From: an uncultured delta proteobacterium | GTDB lineage: Bacteria > Desulfobacterota > Binatia > Binatales > Binataceae | Reading direction: 5' to 3' | Assembly: GCA_963710455.1 (NCBI GenBank) | Contig: CAVQAG010000017.1 | Coordinates: forward strand, 323,225-387,224 | DNA length: 64,000 nt | Part shown: one piece after another, positions 51,528 through 61,429 of the stretch | How the letters are laid out: every line of letters begins with the position of its first letter | How positions within the stretch are numbered: position 1 is the first letter of the stretch | The notes under the pieces: generated by a model | Databases searched by the model: none | The model's input: the letters and a program-made list of their open reading frames with translations, nothing else | What the model was told of the DNA's origin: nothing | Program-made: the position numbers and the translations under genes

Positions 51528-53314
51528 ATCTCGAAGCTCTGCGGAAAGGGGCATCGATGTTGCGCGATGTGCGCCTCGAAGTCGGCGCGGAACTGCTTGA
51601 GGAACGCGCGCGCGGCCCACGACGCGCCGTCGGCGAGCGCGCAAATACATTTGCCGTCCATGAAATCGAAAGTATCGGCCAGCGTCTCGAGGTCCTGCGG
51701 CGTGCCTTGGCCGCTTTCAATCCGGCCGAGCGTCTTGTAGGTCCATCCGGTGCCCTCGCGGCATTGGGTGCACTGGCCGCACGATTCATGCTCGAAGAAA
51801 CGCGCGACCACCAGCGCGGTGCGTACCATGCAGGTGCGTTCGTCCATCACGATCACACCGCCAGTGCCGATCAGCGTACCGGCCGCGCGCAGCGATTCGT
51901 GATCCATCGCGACGTCGATCTGGTCGCCGCGCAACACCGGCATCGAGACGCCGCCCGGGATAACCGCCTTGATCGCCCGGTCGCCGATAACCCCGCCGGC
52001 GTGCTGATAGATGAGGTCACGCAGCTTCACGCCGAGCCTGAGCTCGAAAATTCCGGGATTGTTGACGTGGCCGCTGACGCCGAACAGCGTGTGGCCCGCG
52101 GCATTCTTGACCCCCTCGTCGAGAAACCACTGCGCGCCCCGCTTCACGATCGCCGGCACGTGCGAAAGGGTCTCGACATTGTCGACGGTGGTCGGCTGGC
52201 CCCACAATCCCACCTGCGCGGGAAAGGGCGGACGCTTGCGCGGCTGGCCCTTGCGGCCTTCCATCGATTCCAGCATCCCGCTCTCCTCGCCGCAGATATA
52301 GGCGCCAGCGCCCTGCTGGATCGTGATATCGAAGCGGCGGTTGAAGCCGAGCGCGTTGTCGCCGAGAATCCTGGCCTCGTACAGGCGGCGGATTGCCGCG
52401 CTCATCGCCGCGAACTCCTCGACGTATTCGCCGCGGATGTAGATGAAGGCCGCGGTCGACTCCATGGCCATCGCGGCGATCATGATTCCCTCCAGCGGCA
52501 GGAACGGATTGCGCGCCATGATCTGGCGATCCTTGAAAGTGCCGGGCTCACTTTCGTCGGCGTTGACCGCGAGGTAGCGGGGACGCGCGTCGCGCGGCGG
52601 CATGAAGGTCCACTTGAGCCCGGTGACGAAACCGGCGCCGCCGCGGCCGCGCAGGTTGGCGTCTTTGACCAGCGTGGCGAGTTCTTTGGGCGCAATCTCG
52701 CCCGCCTTGCGCACGGCTTCGAATCCGCCGTGCCCGCGGTAGTCCTCGAGGGTCAGCCATTTCTCGTCGCCACGGGGCAGCAGGTAGCCGTCGACGCCGT
52801 CGGGAACGCGCGAGATGATCGGCGCAGGCCGGCGCGCGGCGAGCGCGGCGTCGGGCGATTCGAGCAGACCTGCGGCGATCTCGGGCGTCACGTTTTCCAG
52901 GTATGGATTGCGATTTACCTGTACCACCGGCGCAGTCGCACACGAGCCGAGACATTCGACTTCCACAATCGCAAAGCGGCCGTCGGGCGTTGCGGTGCCC
53001 GACTTTATTCCAAGGCGGCCCTCGAGCTCGCGCACCACGCCGCGCGCGCCACGCAGGCAGCACGGAAGATTGGTGCAGACCTGGATAACCGCCTGCGCGC
53101 GGGGCAGGTTGAAGAGCGAATAGAAGGAAGCGACCTCGGCGACCTCATTGGGGCGCATCGCGAACAGCGGCGCCAGCTCGGTGAAAGCTTCGGGACCAAG
53201 CGCGCCCAGGTCGTCGCGCGCGAGATAGATTGCCGCGAGCAACGCGCCGCGCGGATTGGGAAAGCGCGCCTGCTCGGCGCGGATCTTTGCCTGCGTTTCA
53301 GCCGACAAGCCCAT
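51524..53314 (-). CDS. nuoEF: fused NADH-quinone oxidoreductase subunits E and F (24-kDa [2Fe-2S] thioredoxin-like domain + 51-kDa FMN/NADH-binding [4Fe-4S] subunit)
   Basis: The N-terminal NuoE part carries CTNLPCC...ECLGSCATAPVVQVN (4 Cys). The NuoF part carries GRGGAGFVTGLKW (FMN), the NADH-binding Gly-rich region, and ESCGQCTQCREG...C (N3 cluster). Single 596-aa ORF. Confidence 0.9.
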   Translation of the reverse strand: MGLSAETQAKIRAEQARFPNPRGALLAAIYLARDDLGALGPEAFTELAPLFAMRPNEVAEVASFYSLFNLPRAQAVIQVCTNLPCCLRGARGVVRELEGRLGIKSGTATPDGRFAIVEVECLGSCATAPVVQVNRNPYLENVTPEIAAGLLESPDAALAARRPAPIISRVPDGVDGYLLPRGDEKWLTLEDYRGHGGFEAVRKAGEIAPKELATLVKDANLRGRGGAGFVTGLKWTFMPPRDARPRYLAVNADESEPGTFKDRQIMARNPFLPLEGIMIAAMAMESTAAFIYIRGEYVEEFAAMSAAIRRLYEARILGDNALGFNRRFDITIQQGAGAYICGEESGMLESMEGRKGQPRKRPPFPAQVGLWGQPTTVDNVETLSHVPAIVKRGAQWFLDEGVKNAAGHTLFGVSGHVNNPGIFELRLGVKLRDLIYQHAGGVIGDRAIKAVIPGGVSMPVLRGDQIDVAMDHESLRAAGTLIGTGGVIVMDERTCMVRTALVVARFFEHESCGQCTQCREGTGWTYKTLGRIESGQGTPQDLETLADTFDFMDGKCICALADGASWAARAFLKQFRADFEAHIAQHRCPFPQSFEI

Positions 53315-53353
53315 CGTGGTTCATGCTCAAACGGTTGTGGCGGTGGCGGCGCG

Positions 53354-54592
53354 CTAGCGGTCGCACTCGCCGCCGATCATGTTGATCAAGTCGAAAGTCG
53401 GCACCACGTCGGCCAGCATCCCGCCGGTGATCATTTTCTCCAGCGCCGACATGTTGGAGAAGCTGGGCGCGCGGCATCGGCACTTGTATGGCTTACCGGT
53501 GCCGTCACTCACGATATAAAAACCGAGTTCGCCGTTGGCGCCCTCGACCGCGTGGTAGATTTCGCCGGGCGGAATCAGTCCGCCCTCGGTGACCAGCTTG
53601 AACTGGTCGATCAATTCTTCCATCCGGCCGAAGACCTTGCCCTTGCGCGGCCAGCGCACGCGGGGGTCATCGGAGTTTACCGGCCCGGCGGGAATTTTCT
53701 CGAAGCACTGCCCAATCATGTGCCGGCTCTGCCGCACTTCCTCCAGGCGCACCAGGTAGCGATCGAAGTTGTCGCTGTGCTCGCCTACTGGAACCTCGAA
53801 GTCCAAGTCTCCGTAAACGAGATACGGGTGCACCCGGCGCACGTCATAGGCCACGCCGCCCGCGCGCAGAAGCGGACCGGTCACGCCGTGCCCGATGAGC
53901 GCCGCGGGCGCGAGATGGCCGGTGCCTTCGACGCGCTCGCGAAAAACCGGATTCTGCGTGAGTAGCTTGTCGGCGTCGCCGAGCAGCAGCAGCGAACGAT
54001 CCAGACGCTCCGCGGCGAAACGTTCGAAGCCGTCGGGCAGGTCGGCCGAGACGCCGCCGATACGGATGTAGTTGGTGGTGACGCGCGCGCCGCAGAGCGC
54101 GTCGAGCAGGTCGCACATCAACTCGCGTGCCTCGAGCAAGTAGAGAAAGGGCGTCATCGCCGCCAACTCCAGCGCCATAGCACCTAGGCACAGGTAGTGA
54201 TCGCTCATGCGCGAGATTTCGCCTGCGATCACGCGGATGAAATCGCAGCGCGGCGGCGTGCGCAGATCCATCAGCTTTTCGACCGCAAGGCAGTAGCCGA
54301 CATTGTTGAGCATCGGCGAGCTGTAATTCAGCCGGTCGGTGTAGGGGATATTCTGGTAGTAATAGCCGCTCTCGCACTCCTTCTCGAAGCCGCGGTGCAG
54401 ATAGCCGACCTGGACGTCGGCCTTGACCACCCGCTCGCCGTCGAGGTCGAGCACCATCTTGACCGTGCCATGGGTCGCCGGATGCGACGGGCCCATCTGC
54501 ATCCGCATCAGCGGCGTCTGCAGATCGCGCGACGGATCGGCGGGCGGCAGGTCAGTGGGGACGGCGCGGTTCGTTGGCTCCCGGTCCGGCAT
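53354..54592 (-). CDS. nuoD: NADH-quinone oxidoreductase subunit D (49 kDa)
   Basis: MGPSHPATHGTVKMVLDLDGE...YLHRGFEK...ends ...MIGGECDR. There are no NiFe-hydrogenase CxxC ligands, so this is a true NuoD. The start is probably at MRMQMGP (54508) rather than the track start. Confidence 0.9.
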   Translation of the reverse strand: MPDREPTNRAVPTDLPPADPSRDLQTPLMRMQMGPSHPATHGTVKMVLDLDGERVVKADVQVGYLHRGFEKECESGYYYQNIPYTDRLNYSSPMLNNVGYCLAVEKLMDLRTPPRCDFIRVIAGEISRMSDHYLCLGAMALELAAMTPFLYLLEARELMCDLLDALCGARVTTNYIRIGGVSADLPDGFERFAAERLDRSLLLLGDADKLLTQNPVFRERVEGTGHLAPAALIGHGVTGPLLRAGGVAYDVRRVHPYLVYGDLDFEVPVGEHSDNFDRYLVRLEEVRQSRHMIGQCFEKIPAGPVNSDDPRVRWPRKGKVFGRMEELIDQFKLVTEGGLIPPGEIYHAVEGANGELGFYIVSDGTGKPYKCRCRAPSFSNMSALEKMITGGMLADVVPTFDLINMIGGECDR

Positions 54593-55205
54593 AGTCCTGA
54601 ATCGGTTGTTCGTCGTGTTTGGCGTAGTCCTTGCGCAACGGATGTCCCACGAATTCGTCGTAGAGATAGATGCGGCGAAGGTCCGGATGGCCCTCGAAAC
54701 GGATCCCGTAGAGGTCGAACGTTTCGCGCTCGAGCCAGTTGGCGCCCGGCCATAGCGCGCTCAGGCTCGCGATCACCGGATTGTCCTCGGGCACCCGGCA
54801 TTTCACCCGCAGGCGATGGAGCAGGCGGGTGGAAACCAGATGATAGACCATCGCGAACCGTGGCGCATCGCCGCGCGCGGGAAGGTTGACGCGATGGCGC
54901 CACTCGGCGCGTTTGCGGACCAGGTTGTGGTTGCGATCCCAGACCTCGGGCGCGTTATGAAAGCCGTCGGGCTGGCCGAAATAATCGACGCAGGTGACGT
55001 CGAGCAGCAGGTCGAAGCCGAGGTCAGGCGAGTCGCGAAGCGCGCGCGCCACTTCGAGAATATTTTCACGCGCGACGTGGATACAGTCGTCGCCGTGAAA
55101 GCTCTGATGCTCAGTTACCAGCGGGCCGAGCCGCGCGGTCACTTTCTGCAACAGTGCGGAAAGCTCGGGCGGCGGTGGTGTTTTTGGTTCTTCGGCGGCG
55201 CTCAT
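54552..55205 (-). CDS. nuoC: NADH-quinone oxidoreductase subunit C (30 kDa)
   Basis: ...VDYFGQPDGF...LVSTRLLHRLRVKCRVPEDNPVIASLSALWPGANWLERETFDLYGIRFEGHPDLRRI is the NuoC signature. The start is assigned at MSAAEEPKT. Confidence 0.85.
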   Translation of the reverse strand: MSAAEEPKTPPPPELSALLQKVTARLGPLVTEHQSFHGDDCIHVARENILEVARALRDSPDLGFDLLLDVTCVDYFGQPDGFHNAPEVWDRNHNLVRKRAEWRHRVNLPARGDAPRFAMVYHLVSTRLLHRLRVKCRVPEDNPVIASLSALWPGANWLERETFDLYGIRFEGHPDLRRIYLYDEFVGHPLRKDYAKHDEQPIQDYAGPGANEPRRPH

Positions 55206-55233
55206 TGGTCCTGATTCGGTTCTTATTCGGATG

Positions 55234-55794
55234 CTAGTTGGGGTTCTTGTTCGCAGGCGCTTCTTCGTAGTGGCCGCGCAGAAAATCGGTCCGGGTCTTG
55301 AGGCGGGCCTGCGGCACCAGCAGATCGGCCTTGCGCCAGAGCGAGCCGCGGCGCGAGTAGCTCGCAATTTCGACCTCGCGGCTCATCACGATCGCCTCCT
55401 CGGGACAGGCCTCCTCGCACAGCCCGCAGAACATGCAGCGCGACATGTCAATGTCGAAAATTTCCGGATAGCGCTCGACCTCGTCCGCGGTTTCGGCGGG
55501 AAAGATCGTGATGCAGGTGGTGGGGCAGGCCCATTCGCAGAGCCCACACGCAACGCATCGCTCCTTGCCGTTCTCCATCTGCACCAGCACCGGCATCCCG
55601 CGCATCGCCGGCGGCTGCACGAACCGCTGCTCCGGAAAATAGACGGTAAAGTCCTGGCGCCCGCGTATGAAGCCAAACAGGTTACGCAGCATATGGGCCG
55701 TGGTCACCCACAGTCCCAGCAGCACCGCCCTAAACGAATACGCCCCGACCAGGCTAGGCGCCGGCCGTGCGACCTTTACTACTCGAACCGCCAT
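55234..55794 (-). CDS. nuoI: NADH-quinone oxidoreductase subunit I (2x[4Fe-4S] ferredoxin, TYKY)
   Basis: Two CxxCxxCxxxCP motifs (CVACGLCEWACP, CMFCGLCEEACP) in the NuoI arrangement. Confidence 0.9.
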   Translation of the reverse strand: MAVRVVKVARPAPSLVGAYSFRAVLLGLWVTTAHMLRNLFGFIRGRQDFTVYFPEQRFVQPPAMRGMPVLVQMENGKERCVACGLCEWACPTTCITIFPAETADEVERYPEIFDIDMSRCMFCGLCEEACPEEAIVMSREVEIASYSRRGSLWRKADLLVPQARLKTRTDFLRGHYEEAPANKNPN

Positions 55795-55848
55795 CTCGCT
55801 CGCTTCATCCGTCCCAAGGACAGTCCTTAGCCGTTCTCCAGTATCCGC

Positions 55849-55878
55849 CTTGCCCGATCAACTTTGCCCGATCAACTT
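55849..55878. repeat. tandem direct repeat 2 x 15 bp (tgcccgatcaacttt) in the nuoI upstream intergenic region
   Basis: Seen directly: cttgcccgatcaactttgcccgatcaactttgcagg. Confidence 0.7.
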
Positions 55879-55931
55879 TGCAGGATCAGATTGCAGATTC
55901 AGCGCCGCACTATCAATCTCGCCCTATCAGT

Positions 55932-57329
55932 TTAGGCCGGCGAGGGCCGCGCCGAGGTTGCCGCGTGCTGGTCCGAGCCCTGCCCGGCCTTGGCCGGGAC
56001 CCATCCGCCGCGTATCGCGAGCATCGCCGGAATAAGCGACGCCATCCCCGCCACCGCCACCCACATCCACGCGGCCCATCCGTAGTGGCTCGAAACATAA
56101 GCGACCAGCGGACCCGAGATAGCTATCCAGCCCCGATAAATCAATTGGAAGAACGACCATCCACTGGCCTGGAGCGCGGGCGAGATGTCCTCGAGCAGTT
56201 CCGAGTATTGCGCGCACCACGGGATAAAAGCGAAGGCTACCAGGCCGCCGAGCAGGAACATCACCGCGCCGAGTTGAAACGCTGGCAACGGATTGGAAAA
56301 CGTCCCAATCCACCAGATCAGCACCGCCAGAGCCGCGACGTCGCCGATCAACACCAGGGGCTTACGCACGCGCAGCTTGTCCGAGAGCAATCCGGCCGGC
56401 ACCAGCATGAACAGGTTGAGCAGCCAGAAATACGAGGCCATCTTGTCCGCCTCGGCCGGGCTGTAATGAAACGCCCGGTTGAACATCACCGGGAAAAACG
56501 TCTGGCTAGTAATCGGCAGGGTCAGGAAAGCCACGGATCCGACGACCAGCACCCACACCTCCCAGCGGCTCAGCAATTCTCTAAACGCCGCGCCGCCGCT
56601 GGCCGGAACTTCCATCGCTTCCTCACGCAGGCGCTCCGCGGGCGCGGCCGCCACCGCGGTTTCGCTCTCGACGATGGTCAGGCGCAGGTGCGGATGAAGA
56701 TCCTTCAGCCACAGCAGGACCGGGATGTACATCAGGATTGCCAGCAGTCCCATTATCCAAATCTGCGATTGCCAGGTGCTGAAGATCGGCAGCGTCACGC
56801 CGCTGATGAAGTTCCACAGGAAGATGCAGCCGACCGCGCCGACCGTGAGCAAGCCGAAAGCCGCGCCGCGGCTCACGCGCGGCGACATATCGCGGGTGAG
56901 CCCGCCGAGCGCGCCCCACATCAGCCCAGCCGTCAGATTCATCGCGCCGCGAATAATCACGAACGACCAGAACCCGGTCATCAGCAGGTTGGCGAAGGTC
57001 AACACGATGATGATCGCGAGACATACGTCGATAATGATGATGCGGCCGTGGCGATCGGCCAGTGGGCCACCGATCATCGCGGAACCACCGGAGAGCAGGA
57101 CCGCGAACAGTAGAAATATGGTGAAGTTTTCCAGGCTGAAGTGCAGTGTCGGAATCCACAGCGGCAGGAGCGGTGCGAACTGGAATTCGTAGAAGGAGAT
57201 GATGGTGGCGAGCACGGTGAGCATCAGCATCGCCCAGCGATGCGCGCCAACCGGGTAGGTCTCGAGCGTGCGATGAGTCGCGAGGTAGCCTTTGAGGCCA
57301 CCCGGTTCAGAAACCGCTGCGGTCGCCAT
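55932..57329 (-). CDS. MFS-type transporter (12 TM) embedded within the nuo-like operon
   Basis: 465 aa with 12 hydrophobic helices in 6+6 arrangement and a central cytoplasmic loop. It is co-directional and tightly spaced between nuoG and nuoI. Confidence 0.75.
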   Translation of the reverse strand: MATAAVSEPGGLKGYLATHRTLETYPVGAHRWAMLMLTVLATIISFYEFQFAPLLPLWIPTLHFSLENFTIFLLFAVLLSGGSAMIGGPLADRHGRIIIIDVCLAIIIVLTFANLLMTGFWSFVIIRGAMNLTAGLMWGALGGLTRDMSPRVSRGAAFGLLTVGAVGCIFLWNFISGVTLPIFSTWQSQIWIMGLLAILMYIPVLLWLKDLHPHLRLTIVESETAVAAAPAERLREEAMEVPASGGAAFRELLSRWEVWVLVVGSVAFLTLPITSQTFFPVMFNRAFHYSPAEADKMASYFWLLNLFMLVPAGLLSDKLRVRKPLVLIGDVAALAVLIWWIGTFSNPLPAFQLGAVMFLLGGLVAFAFIPWCAQYSELLEDISPALQASGWSFFQLIYRGWIAISGPLVAYVSSHYGWAAWMWVAVAGMASLIPAMLAIRGGWVPAKAGQGSDQHAATSARPSPA

Positions 57330-57418
57330 AATTTCTTGTCTCCCTGCGGCTAGTCGCCGGCTTCAAGGCCGGTTCGCAAGCCCAGAGTGCGTCAATTGAT
57401 CGCCCGGCGGCAAGCGTT

Positions 57419-59104
57419 TCAGCTGTCGTTCGAGCGCTGCGTTCGCTGCTCGGCCGCGCCATCCAGCATGATGCCGCCCGCGCCGAGGACCTCCAGCGAA
57501 ATCCCGGCGAAGCGCGGATGCGCACGCCCTATCGGCTCCCACATCGCATCGGGGTCGAAGCGGCGCTCACCGCCGTCGATCGCGTTGAGCAGGCGCGTGA
57601 AGATATCCCCATCTCCGAGCCATCCCGGCCCCAGCTCGATAGCCTTGTAGATGCGTTGCACGCGACCGGCGTGATTGATGAACGAGCCGTCCTTTTCGGC
57701 GAAAGTGGTGGTGGGGAACACGACCGCCGCGCCACTTAGGCGCGGGTCGACGTTCGAAGTCTGCAAAATCAGCAATTCGAGCCGCCCCAGGATTGGCGCG
57801 AGACGCCCGGGCGCAAGCGCGTCGAGCAGGTCGAATGAGTCCGTCGAATCACGGCCGCAAAGGTAGAGCCCCTTGAGCTCGCCAGCTTCCAGGGCGCGCA
57901 TCAGCTCGCCCAAACCGTCGTCGCTGCCGCTAACCAGTCCCAGCTCGCGCACGCCGCGCGCGTTGGGCGCTTTCTCGGCCTTGATCAGGAAGTCGTCGGC
58001 GGGGCCGCGCCGGACGGTCATCGCGAGCTTTTCCGCACCGGCCGCGCGCATCAACTCGCCGAAACAGAAATTCTCCTCAACCGTGAGATGGGGCGAGACG
58101 AGCGCACCGATCGCGCCGCCGCCGTGACGCGCCTTGAGCGCCGTTATAGCGGCGGAGGCGCGCGCGAGCGCGTCGTGCCAGGTCGCCTGCGCGAGCGCGC
58201 CGTTGTGCGCGACCATCGGCGTGCGCAAGCGTTCCGGCGCGTCGACAAATTTATAATCCAGTCGCCCCTGGTCGCACATCCAGGTGTCGTTCACCGCGTC
58301 GTTACGCCGCGGATTCAGCCGCCAGATGCGATTGCGGTGCTCCGAAATCATGATATTGCAGCCGTTGGAGCATCCGGGGCATACGCTCGCAGTTTCCTGC
58401 AAAAACCACACGCGGATACGATGATGGAAATCCTTGCTTTCCAGAGCGCCGACCGGGCAGATGTCGGCGGTGCAGATGGAGTAGTCATTGTCGAGGCGGC
58501 GGTCGTAGATGTCGAGCACCGAATGATCGCCCAGGCTGAACACCGCAAGCTCGCCGGTTTTGCTGATTTCGCGGCAAAAGCGCACGCAACGGCGGCACAG
58601 GATGCATCGTTCCTGGTCGAGCAACATGCGCTCGCCGATATCGACGCGCTTTTGATGCTTGCGGCGCGGATCCAGCGTGCGCGCGTGGCGGCTGCCAAAG
58701 CGCATCGCGTAGTTCTGCAGCCAGCACTCGCCGGCCTTGTCGCAGATCGGACAGTCCAGCGGATGGTTGACCAGCAGCAGTTCGAGCACTCCGCGGCGCG
58801 CCAGCGCCACCTCCGGATCCGCGGTATGCACGATCATCCCGTCGCGCACCTGCGTGTTGCACGAAATCTGCAGCTTCGGCATCCCCTCGATCTTGACCTG
58901 GCAGAGCCGGCAACTGCCGTCGATACTGAGCTTGGGGTGGTAGCAGTAGTGCGGGATGTCGAGCTCCGCGTCGAGCATCGCTTGCAAAAGCGGTGTGCCC
59001 TCGGGCGCTTCGAGCACGCGGCCATCGACCGTGACTTTCACGATCTTGGGTGCGTGCGGAACGTTGGCCTTCGCCGGGCTAGTCGAGCTTGCGTCCGCTG
59101 CCAT
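57419..59104 (-). CDS. nuoG: NADH-quinone oxidoreductase subunit G-like (75 kDa family, short 561-aa form)
   Basis: The N-terminal [2Fe-2S] YCYHPKLSIDGSCRLCQV, the His-ligated [4Fe-4S] HPLDCPICDKAGEC, a further CxxCxxC...CP cluster, then a truncated molybdopterin-oxidoreductase-like domain. It overlaps the nuoB 3' end. Confidence 0.85.
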   Translation of the reverse strand: MAADASSTSPAKANVPHAPKIVKVTVDGRVLEAPEGTPLLQAMLDAELDIPHYCYHPKLSIDGSCRLCQVKIEGMPKLQISCNTQVRDGMIVHTADPEVALARRGVLELLLVNHPLDCPICDKAGECWLQNYAMRFGSRHARTLDPRRKHQKRVDIGERMLLDQERCILCRRCVRFCREISKTGELAVFSLGDHSVLDIYDRRLDNDYSICTADICPVGALESKDFHHRIRVWFLQETASVCPGCSNGCNIMISEHRNRIWRLNPRRNDAVNDTWMCDQGRLDYKFVDAPERLRTPMVAHNGALAQATWHDALARASAAITALKARHGGGAIGALVSPHLTVEENFCFGELMRAAGAEKLAMTVRRGPADDFLIKAEKAPNARGVRELGLVSGSDDGLGELMRALEAGELKGLYLCGRDSTDSFDLLDALAPGRLAPILGRLELLILQTSNVDPRLSGAAVVFPTTTFAEKDGSFINHAGRVQRIYKAIELGPGWLGDGDIFTRLLNAIDGGERRFDPDAMWEPIGRAHPRFAGISLEVLGAGGIMLDGAAEQRTQRSNDS

Positions 59105-59657
59105 GGAGTTTGGACCAGAGATGTGGTTGACGTTCGTTCTGGACGCGGTACTGGAGCTTGATCAGTCCGTCAAGCACGGCCTCGGGCCGCGGCGGGCACC
59201 CGGGGATGTAAATGTCAACCGGGATGATGCGATCGATGCCCTGGAGCACCGCGTAGTTATCGTAAGGGCCGCCCGAACTGGTGCACGCGCCGAAGGACAT
59301 CACCCACTTCGGGTCCCCCATCTGCTCCCACACGCGGCGCAGGATGGGTGCCTGGCGCTGTGTGATGGTGCCTACCACCCACAGCAAGTCGGCTTGGCGC
59401 GGAGTGAAGCGCGGCAGTGCGGCGCCGAAGCGGTCAAGGTCGTAGCGCGGGCCGGAAACCGAGAAATATTCCATGCCACAGCAGGCGGTGACGAATGGAT
59501 AGGCGAAAAATGAATACTTGCGCGCCCACTGCACCGCGTCGTTGAGCCGCGTGAGCGCGAAGCTTTCAGGAAACGCCCCGCTTTCGTCGTTAAGCGAGTG
59601 GCGCGCGAGACCGCCGCGCACCATGAAGGCTGAAAATCTGCGTGATCGCTGAGTCAT
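59079..59657 (-). CDS. nuoB: NADH-quinone oxidoreductase subunit B (20 kDa, PSST)
   Basis: N2-cluster ligands in ...ACCGMEY...SFGACTSSGGPY...GCPPRPE. 192 aa. Confidence 0.9.
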   Translation of the reverse strand: MTQRSRRFSAFMVRGGLARHSLNDESGAFPESFALTRLNDAVQWARKYSFFAYPFVTACCGMEYFSVSGPRYDLDRFGAALPRFTPRQADLLWVVGTITQRQAPILRRVWEQMGDPKWVMSFGACTSSGGPYDNYAVLQGIDRIIPVDIYIPGCPPRPEAVLDGLIKLQYRVQNERQPHLWSKLHGSGRKLD

Positions 59658-59859
59658 ATCGTAAAGTCCCTGCTTTCCGATTCATCTTTCGCGAAATGGC
59701 CTTGAAGGGCAAGGCCAATCGATTTGCAATCGGAGCGTTACGGGTGGTTAGGAAAGTTCCCGCGTCTGAAGTGTCAACGGAATTCGGCTGGGGATAGTGC
59801 GGGATCGCCTGTAGCGGTCGGGATGGAGGGCGCGTCGCGCCCTCGCGCTTGCGCGAGCG

Positions 59860-60876
<1,017 letters not shown>

Positions 60877-60905
60877 TAACTATTTCCGTATCGGGTCCGC
60901 ACCGC

Positions 60906-61271
60906 TTAGTCGCCGGGGACGAGACGATGTGAATCGCTGTCGAAGTGCTGCGTGGAGAACTCGTACAACTCGGCGTCCTCCAACGCTTCCATCTGGTGCA
61001 CTAGTCCCAGCGGAACGTCCATGCACTCGCCGGCAGTGAGTTCAAACTCCTCGATAACCTCGGAGTCGGGTGATTCCTTGACACGGACTTTGAGCCGGCC
61101 CGCGCGCAGGTAGAAAGATTCGGTTTTAAGCTTGTGAAAGTGGAGCGAGCAGCGCTTGCCCTTGCGAATCTCCAGGATCTTGCCGCAGTAGAGATCGCCG
61201 TTGACGATCCATACCTCGCGTCCCCATCCCTTGGGGACAATCCTGACAGGCTTGCGTGCGCGGTTCATCAC
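60906..61271 (-). CDS. cupin-domain protein (sugar isomerase/epimerase-like)
   Basis: 121 aa. His-containing cupin motifs (HFHKLKTESFYL...GECMDVPLGLVHQ). It lies adjacent to gmd and a polysaccharide-initiating transferase. Confidence 0.55.
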   Translation of the reverse strand: MMNRARKPVRIVPKGWGREVWIVNGDLYCGKILEIRKGKRCSLHFHKLKTESFYLRAGRLKVRVKESPDSEVIEEFELTAGECMDVPLGLVHQMEALEDAELYEFSTQHFDSDSHRLVPGD

Positions 61272-61429
61272 TGTCGCCTCCGCCGTTTAGACGCTCGTCT
61301 TTACGCCCCGCCAGACGCCTAGACGCCAGTTCCGGCAGCTCCGCCGCATCCACAATGCCATAAGATAGCAACGCACACTAGCGTCTCCGGCAAGAGACCT
61401 TCATTGGGGTTCATGGCGAGGCGGGCTTC

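Noticed and set aside
53354-54592. Possibility that the NuoD/NuoB pair is actually a [NiFe]-hydrogenase large/small subunit (soluble Hox-type enzyme)
   Set aside because: The large subunit lacks both CxxC Ni-Fe ligand motifs: N-terminal RxCGxC is absent, and the C-terminal is ...CRCRAPSF...GECDR with NuoD spacing. It has the NuoD-specific YLHRGFEK...NVGYCLAVEKL region. NuoC and NuoI are present, and these have no Hox counterparts.
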